Origin: Eledone cirrhosa
Lineage: Eukaryota
NCBI GenBank assembly: GCA_964016885.1
Contig: OZ024745.1
Location: 107,136,001-107,200,000 of the forward strand
Reading direction: 5' to 3'
Length of the DNA: 64,000 nucleotides
Of this stretch, positions 13,231 to 27,499 are shown one piece after another (the stretch's first letter is position 1; every line of letters begins with the position of its first letter). Made by a program: the position numbers and the translations under genes. The notes below the pieces were generated by a model. That model ran no database searches. It saw only the letters and a list, made by a program, of their open reading frames with translations, and was not told the origin of the DNA.

Positions 13231-13666
13231 CATGAAATGTAGTCTAACCAATATAAATGATGATAATAGTAATCGATCACTGTAAAATCACTTGAGGAAA
13301 TCGGGTAAAGTACTCTTGGAGATAATTACTGTTGTGGCTATTTACATGGGACGACTCAATCTAACATTTCAAAATTTTCCACTGTTTGTTAAATCAATTG
13401 GATGCAGACACACGCACACACACACACAGACACACACACACACATTTAAAATTTAGCGTCAGCATAACGGTATACATATACATATATATATATATATACG
13501 AATTTCGTATATCTAAAGATATACAGTATGTTTAGTAAATAAACATTTTGAAAGCGCAGCTATGAATATTTAAAGGTTGGTGGCCAGCACCGTCTAGCGG
13601 ATTCCAGCAGAAGCTACGAGGGACAACTGTCTATACACATGTCTAGCTAATGTTTCTGAATGCGGT

Positions 13667-13700
<34 letters not shown>

Positions 13701-13920
13701 CCAGCATTGCACACGAGAAAATAAAGAAATATGCGGGACAATTGAACAAAATAATCAACTTTCTATTCAGCCACATCATATGCATTGCAATTTTGTGCAT
13801 AATGTTGAGTCCAGGTTGCACGGAAGATACATAAGAGACAACACAATATAAAAAGAGTGGTCAGCAAGTGTCTTTAGGCTGAAAACATGACAAGATACAG
13901 TACAAACAACTTGTGCATAA

Positions 13921-13973
<53 letters not shown>

Positions 13974-13974
<1 letters not shown>

Positions 13975-14557
13975 TACGTTGGTACGGTCACGTGATGCGC
14001 ATGAAAGACGACAGCTGTATAAAAAAGTGCAGGGCGATAAAAATAGACGGTAGCCACGGAGTAGGCAGAGCCAGAGAAACCTGGGACAACTTGATAAATT
14101 CCGACCTCACACACTTTCACCTCTCCAAGGCAATGTCACTGGACCGAGATCTTTGGCGCTACGCAGTTATACAGAAGACCCGCCTTGCCTAAGTACAAAG
14201 CGAAACCTACAGTCAGTAGGCACCTCTAACAAAATAGACCCCCGTCCCACTACCCCCACCTCATCCACACCACCCCCTTAAATGTGAAGTTATGTTGGTA
14301 CCACAACATCCAGTCCGAAACAAATGAGGTCGTGTAGGTGTCACGACAAAAAAAACACACAGTCCACGCTGTAGGTAACACGGTAAAAACCTCCCAGTCC
14401 ACACTGTAAACGTGGTTGGTGTTAGGAAGGGCATGCAGCCGTAGAAAATCCTGTACGAGCAGGACAACCAATCTTGCCTCAAGTGGGAAAACTCCCGTCC
14501 AAATCCATGCAAGCGTGGAAGATGGACGTTAAACGATGATGATGATGATGATGATGA

Positions 14558-14558
<1 letters not shown>
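13974..14558 (+). mobile_element. RTE-like LINE 3' end with UTR and (GAT)n tail
   Basis: LRWYGHVMRM...GRARETW...DRDLWR, followed by a segment (ggaagggcat.cagccgtagaaa...ggacgttaaac gatgat) that recurs reversed at 43015-43170. Confidence 0.75.
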
Positions 14559-14635
<77 letters not shown>

Positions 14636-14639
<4 letters not shown>

Positions 14640-14760
14640 GAAGTTATATTTAATTTGTTGGGATTCCAACAAACTTAAAAGTTTATAACTGATATAGAGC
14701 ATTCAACAGATTCTGGAGTAAATATTCAATATATTAATAACTGGAAACTATATTTATATT
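14636..14760 (-). mobile_element. Arm of a fold-back mini-element (10247-10595 family)
   Basis: Reverse complement aligns with 10470-10595; the matching inverted arm is at ~15930-15988. Confidence 0.7.
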
Positions 14761-14764
14761 ATCA

Positions 14765-15895
14765 CTAGCATTTGTACCCGGCGTTGCACGGGATAATGTA
14801 TTTTGGAACGCGAGCCGCCAACAGACCTAATCGTGGAAAAACTGCATGCCTGGACAATATGTAAAGAAAATAAACCGAATACTCTGATGGCTGGATAATC
14901 TTTAAGATTTTCCTCGATGAAGCAGGAAAAATGCAGGTTTTCACCTAATGCGTACCCTAGGGGATCAAGAAAATGAATCCTTTTTATGTGCATAATATGC
15001 CTTGAAATTTCGGGAACATTGGCTAGACTTAACGCCTAAAAAAAGCCTTAAAAAGCTGAATAAATGAAGTTTTTCACCTAATGCGGGCTCTAGGCCATAA
15101 ATAAGTTGGCTTTTCTTTGCTCACTGTATGAAGAAGAGACTGACTAATACATAGTTATAATTTTAAGGAAATCGGTCTGACGTAATGCCGCCTCAAAATA
15201 TCCCTAAAAAGCACAAAAAACGCAGTTTTTCACCTAATGCGGAGATCAAAAGTTGAATTTTTTATTTGCATAACACTCCCTGAAACATAACGCGGGCCGC
15301 CAACAGACCTAATCGTGGAAAAACTGCATGCCTGGACAATATGTAAAGAAAATAAACCGAATGCTCTGATGCAATTAGTATTAGGTATGCTTTTCCTTCC
15401 ACGTGGGAGAAAATCGGCTTGGTGCTTTTGTACTTTAATAAAGTGGCATGAGTCAGCAGGAGAGATGTCACCACTTATGTCAGAGGGAAGTCTGCAATAT
15501 TTGAGCAAGGCATGACGTGCAATCGGACAGCATGTGGAGTCTTCTCGAAGGAGTCCACCCCACCTTAGTAAGTAAACGCAACTGGACAAACGTTTACCAA
15601 ACTGTGGGTATAATTTAACAAATTTAGAGAGGAATGGTGCAATAAAATGGGTCCCGAGGCGTGTGCGTGTTCACTGGCAGCCTTAAACGAAAGGGTCGCC
15701 ATCGGTTATTTCAAGGGCCCTTAAAATGGCCTTGTAAGCCGTTCACTGATACTCCAGTAAGGAGGGGTAACCATCAATAATTTCAAGTGGTGGCCCTAAA
15801 AAGAGGGTCATGTGACCGTTCACTTAATAGTGACTTTGACTGCGTTCCCTGACATTTGGAGGGTGTTACGGTTGCTTCCACTGGTAGCCTTTAGA
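14765..15895 (-). mobile_element. Non-autonomous Helitron-like element
   Basis: Minus-strand 3' end cccgtgcaacgccggg hairpin + tacaaatgCTAG|T. Internal direct repeats at 14808-14890 and 15290-15370, and ttttcacctaatgcg occurs three times. The 5' boundary is uncertain. Confidence 0.6.
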
Positions 15896-16204
15896 ATGAA
15901 TCAGAATATAATAAAATCAGAATATAATGAGAATATAATAAAATAATTATGGTTTTATAAATATAGTTTCCATTTATTAATATATTGTATATATATATAT
16001 ATATATATATGTTATACGTATGAATGTATATAGACACAGATAGAGATACAAAGAAAGGGATCAGGCATTAATATTTTTCCCAAATGAACATAATATGAGC
16101 AATGCATGTATTCGTTAAGCTAGAACAGAGAAAAATGGATTATCTCAGACGAAACTTACGAAACTTCATTTTCTAAAACATTATTCTTTCTCCCTCTCTA
16201 TCGA

Positions 16205-16310
<106 letters not shown>

Positions 16311-16314
16311 TACA

Positions 16315-16357
<43 letters not shown>

Positions 16358-16527
16358 GCACAAACACACACACATATGTATATACCATATTGCAGTATGA
16401 GCTGTGTCCTTCCACATTTGATTATTAAGGGTGCATGCACACACACGCACACACACACACATATATATATGTGCGCATGTATAATAAGTATATGCATATA
16501 TATATGTATTTATATGCATATATATAG

Positions 16528-16612
<85 letters not shown>

Positions 16613-16883
16613 TATATAGATATATAGATATATTTGTGTGTGTATATTTTCTGCATGCGTATTTCTCTCTCATGCATATATATATGTATATATATATATA
16701 TATATATGCATATATATATATATATATATATTTGTGTGTGTATATTTTCTGCATGCATATTTCTGTTGTGATTGCAAAGCATTAACAGCAAACGAGAAAG
16801 ACAGAGTATGTAAGTATGAGTGCGTGTGTGTGTGTGTGTCAGACAGGGGAAGCAAGAGAGAGAGAGAGACAGAGAGAGAGAGT

Positions 16884-16946
<63 letters not shown>

Positions 16947-17299
16947 AGAGCGAGAGAGAGAGAGATTATAGGGGGAAAGGGGAAATGAAGCGATGTAGTT
17001 TAATCCATGTACGCCTGTCCATGATGCCTTCTGTCCCCGCTGTTTTCCCATTACATGTATAAATTAATAAAATCACAATGGGACCTTCAATCAGTTCACA
17101 TTAATATATACTTCGATTCTGAAGCAAGACCCATGTCGTTTTACAAATCACAAACATGACAGTATTAATGCTACCCTCATCTGAATATATATACATGTCC
17201 GCGTATGTGAGTGTCTAAGTGTGTTTGTGTATGCGGGTGCATGTCCATATTTGTATGTTATGTAAACATATATATATATTTGTGCTTGCATGATTGTGT

Positions 17300-17301
17300 G
17301 C

Positions 17302-17332
<31 letters not shown>

Positions 17333-17701
17333 TGTATGTATGTATGTATGTATGTATGTATGTATTTATGTATCTATTTATGTATGTATATATTTATGTA
17401 TGTATATATGTATGTATGCGGAGTATATTTGTATATATATGGGCATACATTTATACATACATATGTATGTATATATGTATGTATATATGCATGTACGCAT
17501 ATATGTATATATGTATGTATGTCTATATGTATGTATGCGGAGTATATTTATATATATATATGAGCATACATTTATCATTATATGTATGTATATTTGTATG
17601 TATATATGCATGTATGCATATATGTATATATGTATGTATGTCTATATGTATGTATGCGGAGTATATTTGTATATATATGAGCATACATTTATCATTATAT
17701 A

Positions 17702-17760
<59 letters not shown>
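17300..17760. repeat. (TATG)n/(TA)n tract with a ~119-bp higher-order repeat
   Basis: atgcggagtatattt recurs near 17416, 17535 and 17654. Confidence 0.8.
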
Positions 17761-17763
<3 letters not shown>

Positions 17764-18472
17764 CATGTATGTGTGCGAGTGTTTGTTTGAATATGCATGT
17801 GTGTCTACAAGCATATGTCTGTGTGTGTTTGTGTGTTTGTGTGTGTGTACGTATGTTTTGTCCGTGTGCGTACGGTGTGTGTGTGTGTTCGTTTGTCCGT
17901 GTGTGTGTGTATATGCGTGTGTGTGTTTGTGTTTGTGTATGTGTGTTTGTCCGTGTACGTGCGATGTGTTTGTGTGTAGCCGGTTGAACTATTCACAGTG
18001 TGTAACTTGTTTCATTTAGTAGTTGAAATTCTTCTGTTTTTGTGTCCAATGTTTGAGTATGTGTATATGTTTATAATTGGCGAATTAGCGATTTCATGGA
18101 AGCTGTAGCTCTATACTAATTATATCCTGTTGGGATACAATGTGCGAGACAGTTGTATAAAGGTGTGAGGTCTTAATAACTTTAAGAGGATACATCGTCA
18201 CGTTCTGGACTTGATTTCTTCTAATATATAATTTGATAACTAGAGTTTATCCTATAATATTTTATACGATTTTTCTCTGTCTGAACCTTTGCTAATTGAC
18301 ATGGATATCTATTTGTCAGATATCACATAGGAAAAATTAAAATGTTACCATCTTCCAGAAGAGCAAGCTAGGTGGGTAGCTTCGTATGTTTGGAGTGTAT
18401 GTATGTATGTATGTATGTATGTATGTATGTATGTATGTATGTATGTATGTATGTATGTATGTATGTATGTAT

Positions 18473-19052
18473 TATGTATCCCAGTACAAGCTGTCTCATG
18501 GTCGGGTCATTGGCGACTAAACTGGCAACCCCACCAAGGTTTCTTGGTGAGGAGGGTGACTTTGGACATCCTGCAGGACTAAAAACAAAACCTGTCAAAG
18601 GTCAAAGGAGCTCTTAAGAGTCAATGGCCATCCAAAATCACCGAGAGAGATGACCCCTTAGCCTTTGTCAAGGCAGAATTCTAGGAGAAGGAAAACTCTG
18701 ATATAACACTTGCAACTCTGATGGTATCCAATCATGTTGACTTGTTCTTCTTTTTGGTAAATATCATCTTGGTGAAGAGAGTGGGACTGGCTTTGTGCAG
18801 TGCCTTTGCTCACTATAAAAGCTTCACGGCACAGGCATTGCTTTATATCTAAGATATCTCTCTGCACTTGTCGTCATATGGTACCATGGGCCCAGTACTC
18901 TGTGTCAATAATTGTCACAAGTGTAGTGTTTGTACCAGAGTTTTCAAGTCGCTGGCTGGACTAAAAAGTCACACTCGTTCAGCCCATAGGTAGGGGTTCT
19001 CCTACATGGATATAAAGTAGTGGCCGTACTCGAAAACGAGTTGGCAACCACC
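18473..19052 (+). mobile_element. 580-bp non-autonomous retroelement (RTE 5'UTR-like head, 3' stem-loop, ATGT tail)
   Basis: Three copies in the window; contains ctaggagaaggaaaactctga (resembles RTE 5'UTRs) and a terminal ACTCG-AAAA-CGAGT hairpin; inserted in (TATG)n. Strand is inferred. Confidence 0.8.
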
Positions 19053-19076
19053 ATGTATGTATGCATGTATATATCT

Positions 19077-19277
19077 AAACCTGCGGCTCAGTAGTTACCG
19101 ATTATAGTTTCGGGTTATAGCTACTGTCGCTCAAAGAGTGGGATTGGCTCAGTGCACAGTATTTCCTCACTTTAAAAAAATCTTCACGCGCATGCATTGC
19201 ACGATGGCATTAATTGATAATTATTAATAATGGTATATCGTGCAATGGACATACATGATAAAGCGGGGCCAGCCATC
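19077..19277 (+). mobile_element. ~200-bp non-autonomous element with ATGT tail
   Basis: Reverse copy at 27500-27720; internal cattgcacgat...atcgtgcaatg hairpin; ends cagccatc-ATGTATG. Confidence 0.7.
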
Positions 19278-19669
19278 ATGTATGTATGTATGTATGTATG
19301 TATGTATGTATGTATGTATGTATGTATGTATGTATGTATGTATGTATGTATGTATGTATGTATCTATGAATGTATGTGTATGTATTGAAGCAAATACTTT
19401 TTACGTACCTACAATTTATTAATCGAACTACCTGCTAATAAGGCGTTATGTATGTTAATCATTTATCCAACTTAATTATCTCCTAATTAACAGTGGAATT
19501 ATAAGAAGTAGCTCCGTCTCTCTCTCCCTCCCTCCCTCTGGACACTGAAGGGAATATTCATTTATTGATGACAGCTTAATACAAGATTGAAACAAATCCA
19601 GCTGGTTTCTTTCTTTTTTACCACGAAATTATTGCCTACAAAGATAAAGTGTTTACATCTGTCTCTTAT

Positions 19670-19793
19670 CTCGATCTACAGATATATTCTGTAGTACAGT
19701 AGAATATATTTGTCTCGATCTACAGATATATTCAGTGGAATATACTTGTCTCGATCTACAGATATATTCTGTAGTACAGTAGAATATATTTGT
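19670..19793. repeat. Short tandem repeat (~35-44-bp units, 3 copies)
   Basis: tctcgatctacagatatattc occurs three times. Confidence 0.85.
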
Positions 19794-19842
19794 ATGTGTG
19801 TGTTTTGGGGATGATGTGTAAATATTAGAGTCAACGATGTAA

Positions 19843-20112
19843 CTACTCCAAGATCGTATAGCCCGCCTGAAATAATAAACCCTGCCCTATAGTATAGTCT
19901 TTAGCTGACTGGCATTACCTTAAAGGTCTGATGGATTAGACCTTTAAGGAAATGCCAGCCAGCTAAAGACTGTACTATGCTATGTATAGGTCTGATGGAT
20001 CAGACCTTTAAGGAAATGCCAGCCAGCTAAAGACTATACTATGCTATGTATCCTCTTCTTCTAACCGGCAGGGTTTATTATTTCAGGCGGGCTATACGAT
20101 CTTGGAGTAGTT
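19843..20112. repeat. Nested inverted-repeat (fold-back) structure
   Basis: Outer IR 19843-19886 versus 20067-20112; inner hairpin ~19889-19978; right arm tandemly duplicated (19989-20050). Confidence 0.85.
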
Positions 20113-21367
20113 GACCTGATAAAAACTAGCATATATTTTCGCACCCCAATCAGCATACGAACTTGGAACATAACAGAATATAACTGAATACTTTCTTTTC
20201 GATCAGTTTTGAATTCCCCCCCCCCCCCCCCCCCAAACAGCTTTAATCGTTTATTGGTTTCATTCATGGATCCCATAATACAAATCTTTAGGGCGGAAAG
20301 AATAAATTTTGAAATAAATTTTAAACTAAAAGGACATTATTAAATACGGAAAGTCATTTTTGTTCGACAGGCATTCGTTCCGTTCACAGCACTGACACGA
20401 CACTTACTCTAATTAATATTTTTTTAGCGTAGGAAGAAGGATTCAAATTAGAGGGATGGATGTAGTCAATTTCTTTCACTGTTTAGTCAGGTGGAAAGGA
20501 TTTTCCCATGACCTTTTACTGTTTCAGTACCTAGAAACATGGCTAGAATACTACCAAAGTATACGCAATCTATGAAAACACCCAAGGGCAAGGTTGTGGT
20601 GTTAAAATATGCTATAGATTAATATTCCACACAAGAAATTACTCCATACGGATTAAGTCTACAACATACAAATTACATCTACTACTCAAAGATTAAGTCT
20701 TTTACCAAAGGACTAAATCTACCATTTAAAGATTTTATTATCTTAAGAGTTAACTTGAATTTATTTTATTGACTCTGGAGAAAATGACATCGGCTAGAAT
20801 TGAAATCATATCATCAAGGTACGTAACTTAATACCGCAGTATATTTTTGCGTGGAGTGAATACCTTTGAATATTCACAGGTCAAATAAATCTATGGGAAT
20901 GGTATTGTCTGAATTACGATCCTTTAGTATAATTCAACCACCAAGTGACATACCCGACAAATAAAAAGACGAATCAAGGGAGTGTATGTGGTTATTCACA
21001 TTGCTAAAAATGCCAGTTAGATCTGCTTCAAATTGAAATTAGTTGTTCTAAAAAGTATGGGACACATTCGATTATATACTGATGGCAACAGAATGCTCGA
21101 GAGACATAAGAGATAGTCATGTCGTTGATTATAGGTCTGTGACATTGGGGGTTAACCTTGGGCTAAATTCTATAACAATAAGTGAATATGAAATAAATGA
21201 AAATAAATCAACACAAATCTCATTAAAATTTCTGTATTTTTCTCAGCGCATATTTTTTCGCAGGACTATTGTAACCCCAGCCACCACACACCCAAAACTA
21301 AGAACAAGCCTCACACGTTTGGGACAGTTGTACATATATATATATACACACACATATATATATATAA

Positions 21368-21479
<112 letters not shown>

Positions 21480-22344
21480 TAAAATTAAAAATACGCCTCA
21501 CCGCTGCTGATTTTAGATTATTTACACAAGCATATATATATGTGTGTGTGTGTTTTGTACGATGTGTGTGTGCATGTGTGCGTGCGTTTGTGTGTTTTTC
21601 TTACCATAGATATGTTTTGCCGTGGAATGACGGTAGGGTACAAAACAGATGTCTCTGGTTAATTAGTGCATGTCTACTTCGTTACACAAGCCATGTGTAG
21701 CAATTATTATTATCGTTAGGTTCGTTCGCTTGAACTTCTATCAGCTAAAAGAAACTCTATCATACACGCTAATTGTGCCTAAACCAAAACATTGACGATT
21801 TAGTAGCTTGCACACATGTTTGCGACAGTTGGGAAACATCATAACCTACCATCGTAGAAAAAAAAAACCCTCGCTAGATAATGTAAGCATGCGTTCTCTG
21901 CACATAGGAAAAAAGCAGTATGTTCATGTTTGATCCATCTTGTCTGAGTCGGGATAAAACCCACCGTCAACATGAACAACATTTCGTAATATCGCGACAA
22001 ACAGGAAATGAGTAAAGGAGAGATGAGCCGAGCTGGTGAACGTGCTACTGAGTGAACATCTACATAGTTCTTCTACCTGCTAGAAATATTAGCCAAATTT
22101 GCCTCGGATCACAACTTACCGTTCTAATAAATGGACATATTGGATAACGTAGTACAAGATAATGAGGAATCCTTTGTTAATCTCGACGACAGTTTTTCAG
22201 TTGGTCAAGAAACTGAGCCACTTACTTATTATATTAATGTGTAAATGGTTGCATATTTGACAGTCACGTGCCTATTTAACATATTCTTCAGGCAGAGTTA
22301 TCATAACAGTGTGTAACAATGCTGGAATTTTGAAGTAAAACGAT

Positions 22345-22997
22345 ATTGGTAGAGCGTCGGCCAACATGTTTTGCAGCCTGTAATTACGGCACTTTACGTT
22401 CTGAGTTAAGACCTCACCAAGGTTAGCACTTCCTTTCACCATTACGTAGTCGATAATATAGAGTATCAGTAACGCACTGGGGTCGATTTATTCGACTTTC
22501 TCCTCCCTCCAAATTATTAGGTTTGTGTCTAAATCAGAAGCCATTATTATAGCAAACATGAGGGTGGCGGATTGGCAAAATCGATAGAGCGTGAGACAAT
22601 ATACTTTACGGCATAGAGCTACGGCACTTTACGTTCTAAGTTCATATCCCGTTGAGGTTAGCATTGCCTTTCATCCTTACGGAGTCGATAAAGCACCAGT
22701 AACGTACTAGGGTCGATTTAATCTCCTCCAAATTATTGGCCTTGTGCCTATACTAGAAATCATTATTATAGCAAGCATGAGGGCGGTGGATTTGCAGTAA
22801 CCGTAGAGCGTCAGACGCCATGCTTTGCAGTATAGAGTTATGGCACTTTACGTTCTCAGTTCAAATTCCGCCAAGGTTAGCTTTTGCCTTTCATCCTTAC
22901 GGGGACGATAAAATAAATTACCAGTAACACACAGGAGTCGATTTATTCGATACCCCAAATTGCTGGCCTTGTTCCTATACTAGAAATCACTATTATA
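22345..22997 (+). mobile_element. Three head-to-tail diverged tRNA-SINE copies
   Basis: Each has an A/B-box-like head, a cctttcatcc...gtcgataaa core and a ggccttgtgcct..tagaa tail; ~215-bp spacing. Confidence 0.8.
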
Positions 22998-23869
22998 GCA
23001 TGCATGACCATGTCTGAAACGAAAACGAGCTAGTAGCCTCTGCAGCACCTTTGATTAGAAACCTACTCAATAAGGGATGGCATAGCAATAATCAATAACT
23101 GTTTCTACTTTAGGCACAAGGCCAGCAATTACCCAGTGCATTACTGGTACTTTATAATCAATAACAACGGGTAGTACTCTATTTCAACGTTGTCCAATAC
23201 CAGCAATATTCGTGTGTTTTAATAGAAACAATCTGGTGATTTGACTATAAGAAGGTAGAATTGCTTGCCACTAGATGCAAAATATGTTGACAGTACTTGG
23301 AAAAATTTTCCACCAAACCGATCACAATAAGCGAGTACATTGATTCAAATGATATATATATTTGGAATTAGAAATAATCAAGTTGTCACATGTCGCTATG
23401 CTAGACGTTATTGAAAAATAAATCTAACTCTACCTATGTAGAATGTTTAGTAAATTCTAGACGAAACCTATCTATTTTTCCTGCACGTTTGAACAAGAAG
23501 AGATTTATGATTTAATTCCCGACAGTCAAATCGGTTTTAACTTTCTCATTTAAATTGATGCTTGTGAATATAATTTCTTTTATATTTTATTTTTAAAATC
23601 TTAGCTATTGCACTATATACTACATCATTCCCCTCACCCATTTTCTATGAATATATACACATACGTGTGCATCTGCTCTGTGTGCGTGTGCGTGTGTGTA
23701 CGTGAAAGGGTGCGCGTGCGTGTCTATGTATAAATATATTTATCTATGCTAGCTTTTTTGACCACGTCACTTTCAATTATTTATTCATCTCTCCAATCCT
23801 TCTTTCCTACCTGGTCTATCTATCTATCTATCTTTCTCACACACACACACTCTCTCTCTCTCTTTAGAG

Positions 23870-24201
23870 AGAGTGGCCCTTATTTTTCAACTTTCTAAAA
23901 GTTTAGCTCCCAGCCCCCTATCTTGTACCAATTAACAAACAGCCAATCTATGGAAAATTTTAGCTCAAGCGGAGAATTGCATCGACCGTGAAATTTTGAA
24001 ATTTTCCCCGGAAAGTCAATTTTTCAGATAACATTTTTTTAATATCTTGTATAATTTTCACTTAAATAAAAAAAAAATTGTTCAGACATATTCTTGGAAT
24101 TAGAAAGATAAGTGACAATAAATATAATGGGGAAGGCAACTTGCAAAGCTGGGGACAGAGCGCAGGTATAGGGCAAATTACCTATTGCTAAGGGCCACCC
24201 T
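23870..24201. mobile_element. MITE with short terminal inverted repeats
   Basis: Left agagtggccctta, right taagggccaccct (reverse complement agggtggccctta, 1 mismatch); non-coding AT-rich interior. Confidence 0.55.
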
Positions 24202-24452
24202 AATATACATATATCCGTATGTGGTTGATAGTTGAGAGAAATGAGTACTCGGCTCGGTATTGAGTAATATATATATATATATATATATATCTATATATAT
24301 ATATATATATTCCTCCGCTGTGACCCGTCTGTTTCTTTCTTACTGCTTCCCCTTTTCTCTGTATCTCTCACATGCTTTTACCCCCTCTAGCAGTCACTCT
24401 CTCTGTTAACCTCTTCCTCACACTTTCACTCACTCACTCTCTGCTACTCCCT

Positions 24453-24694
24453 CTCCTACTTCTTCCCGTTTGACCTGTGCGAGATTCTTTCCTCACGCAC
24501 ACTTCGAGCAGGTCGTATGGTCTTTATTCTCTGTCGTCTATGATTTTACAGAACTTATGTTCATCGATTTCAGGGACTTGACTCCTTCTTCCTCCCGTTT
24601 GACCTGTGCGAAATTCTTTCCTTACTCACATTTCGACCAGGTTTGATGGTCTTTATTGTCTCTCGTCCACGATTTCACAGAACTTATGTTCATC
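24453..24694. repeat. Diverged tandem duplication of ~110 bp (~130-bp spacing)
   Basis: cccgtttgacctgtgcga...acagaacttatgttcatc occurs twice. Confidence 0.8.
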
Positions 24695-25799
24695 CAGCTA
24701 CATATGACTTAGCTACGACACTTATGCTGCTCGTTTCTTCTTTTTTCTAATCCTTTCACGAAATACCTCTCTTTTTCCGACCTCACCTCACACACTGGAT
24801 CAACAAATCCTTGCTTCAGGTTTGAGCAATTCCACAAGAAATCTTCATTCCGAACGGTCTAACACTCCACCACAGCTTTTCTATAAACATTCACACACAC
24901 ACAGACAGACACACGCACGCACACATACATACATACACACATACCACACACACATACACGCACCGAATTTTCACAGGCAATCAAGACTCACCACACACAC
25001 ACACACACACGCGCACACACACACACAGACACGCACGCACACATACATACACTCACACATACCACACACACACACACACGCATACAAACACAAGCACACA
25101 TGCCCTAACAATACACTTATATACGACCAATCATACATGCTCACTTCGCCATATACATACCACTTCGTCACACATCTACCACCGCGCATGCGCACCTCGC
25201 CACACATATAATACACACATCTGTCAGTACACTCATGCATATCTACACTATATCACTCACCTGTGCCACAACACACAAGGTTTACACTTCATTGCACACA
25301 TACTTATACACACACAAACACACATATACACACATACACACTCACACGCACACATACATATACACACATACACGCATTGTTACATAATACAACACTTCGT
25401 ATCCCCACTCTACACAGCATTTATACCACTCCTCCTATCTTTGCTCCCACTCTCTCTACATTCGTTTAACAATATAATACAGTAAAACTGAATTATCTTT
25501 CTTAAATCTCTTTTCTTTGTTCTGGACAGAAAAAAAAAAGATAAGAAAACAGAGCTCAATTACAGAATAATTAGTATCATGAATCGAATGATCTGGCTTA
25601 TCTTATCTTGATTAGTCTTTTTCTATTTTCTTAAAAGATTGGATGTTCACAGCTGGAACGCTTTTGAAAACTGGTTTGCTAGTTATGCACTTTGAGGAAC
25701 AACAATAAAACTCCATTTGACGTACTTCGACATAATTAATGAGGGAGCCTCTATGTGGTCAATTATTGTCTTTAAAATGATGGACATGAAGGTAGAAAT

Positions 25800-25918
25800 A
25801 ATTATTTCTACTTTTGGCACAAGGCCAGCAATTACCCAGTACATTACTGGTACTTTATTTTATCGACCCCGTAACGATGAAAGGCAAAGTTGACCTCGGC
25901 GGGATTTGAACTCAGAAT
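25800..25918 (-). mobile_element. tRNA-SINE, 5'-truncated
   Basis: Matches the SINE consensus from the B box to the tail. Confidence 0.85.
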
Positions 25919-26591
25919 GATGGTAGAAATAATGTAGGCCTGATTAAAAAATGACGTTATGGTTGCGGTTAAAGTACATTTGAGCATAGATCTGTTCATT
26001 TAGATATCTGATCTAAAGCTTAACAACAATAATCACGACAAAACAATAACTCAAGTTATCTTTTCACGCCAACTGAACACTTTCACTCCTAGATTTATTG
26101 CTGTGACAGCTTTTACCTTCGTAGCTTTAGTCGACAAACTTGTGATTAGATCTCAGTAGAAGTTTCTTGGGTGATTTAATGATAGAAGTCTCCCTGTTTT
26201 ATAATGTCACAGTTCTTTCTGCGACACGAAGTGAAATTTGAACTTTCAGCGCACAGAGCTGCCACCGAAAAGCCTCAAACTCGTGTGTTTTCGTACGGAT
26301 ATAAGAGCGTATATGTATACGTTGATGTGTTTTAATTTGAACTTCACCAACGTCATGACTGTTATCGCCAAATCATTCTATCTGCTAACAAGATGAAACA
26401 CCGACCACTCAAATGCGCAAGCATTGACTAAGACTTCTCGACTTTGTTTGTAAACTTCAGCAATATCAAGCTCTCTGACTTATTCCTTCTGTTTTTCTTT
26501 GTTTCTCTCTCTTTCATCAAATTCTTTTCTCTACATATAAACGCATATTCATATATATTACACACACACACACACGTACACACACACACAT

Positions 26592-26630
<39 letters not shown>

Positions 26631-27499
26631 CATGTACACATCTATGCACTACAGATATATTTTCCACCGCCATATGTATGTATATGTTTATATATATATA
26701 TATATATATATATATGAACGAACACTCGCACATACACACAAATACACACACAAAGACATATCTACAGCATGATTGAGTATGCCTTCAATTCCGGATAGTT
26801 CACTTAGTGTCCCCTGTCAACTCATCAATTAATCCTAAAGAAAATTCTTTGGAACATTGATGAAACTGGACATCCCCAAAGACACCATCAACTACATAAT
26901 CAAAAGACCATAAGCTAATGCAATACAAATGATCTATAGAATATTGACAAATTATACAGATTTTCTGAACAGCGAAATATTCTATGATAACAGTATGAAA
27001 TGCAGAAATAATACTAATTTTTGACGCCAGCTGACGTCCCCTCGACGCTCGAAGCTAAGGCACACACAATAAACATGAGCTTCCTGCACTCAGAACAGCC
27101 AACAGCATATGGATATAACATCCGGAAACTGCTGTCGGAATCCGCTTAACCGACGGTATGCAAACATTCAGAAGCCATTTGCTACCTCGAAATACAAACA
27201 TTTCGATCACTTACTACCTCGAAAATGCTGTGAAACAAAAATTGGTGAACTGAACCTACCTTTCACGTGAAATGACCAATTAAGGATTTGTTCAAAATGA
27301 CATATTTCTCATATTAAATAAAGAATTTCCAAAATAACCACAAGGTCAGAAAATTTGCACAGATATATAGTCAATTCTATTAGTACAAACCGCTTGTTGA
27401 TAAATTTGAATGTAAGGTTTATCTGTGGTGTAACCAATTGTTTACCTTCAACGAATGAAACAGTTCCTGACCTGGAGAATTTATTTCATGATACATACA

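Noticed and set aside
13505-13570. Hairpin followed by GAAAGCGCAGCTA, resembling a hammerhead 3' half
   Set aside because: No CUGANGA core upstream; at most a decayed remnant.
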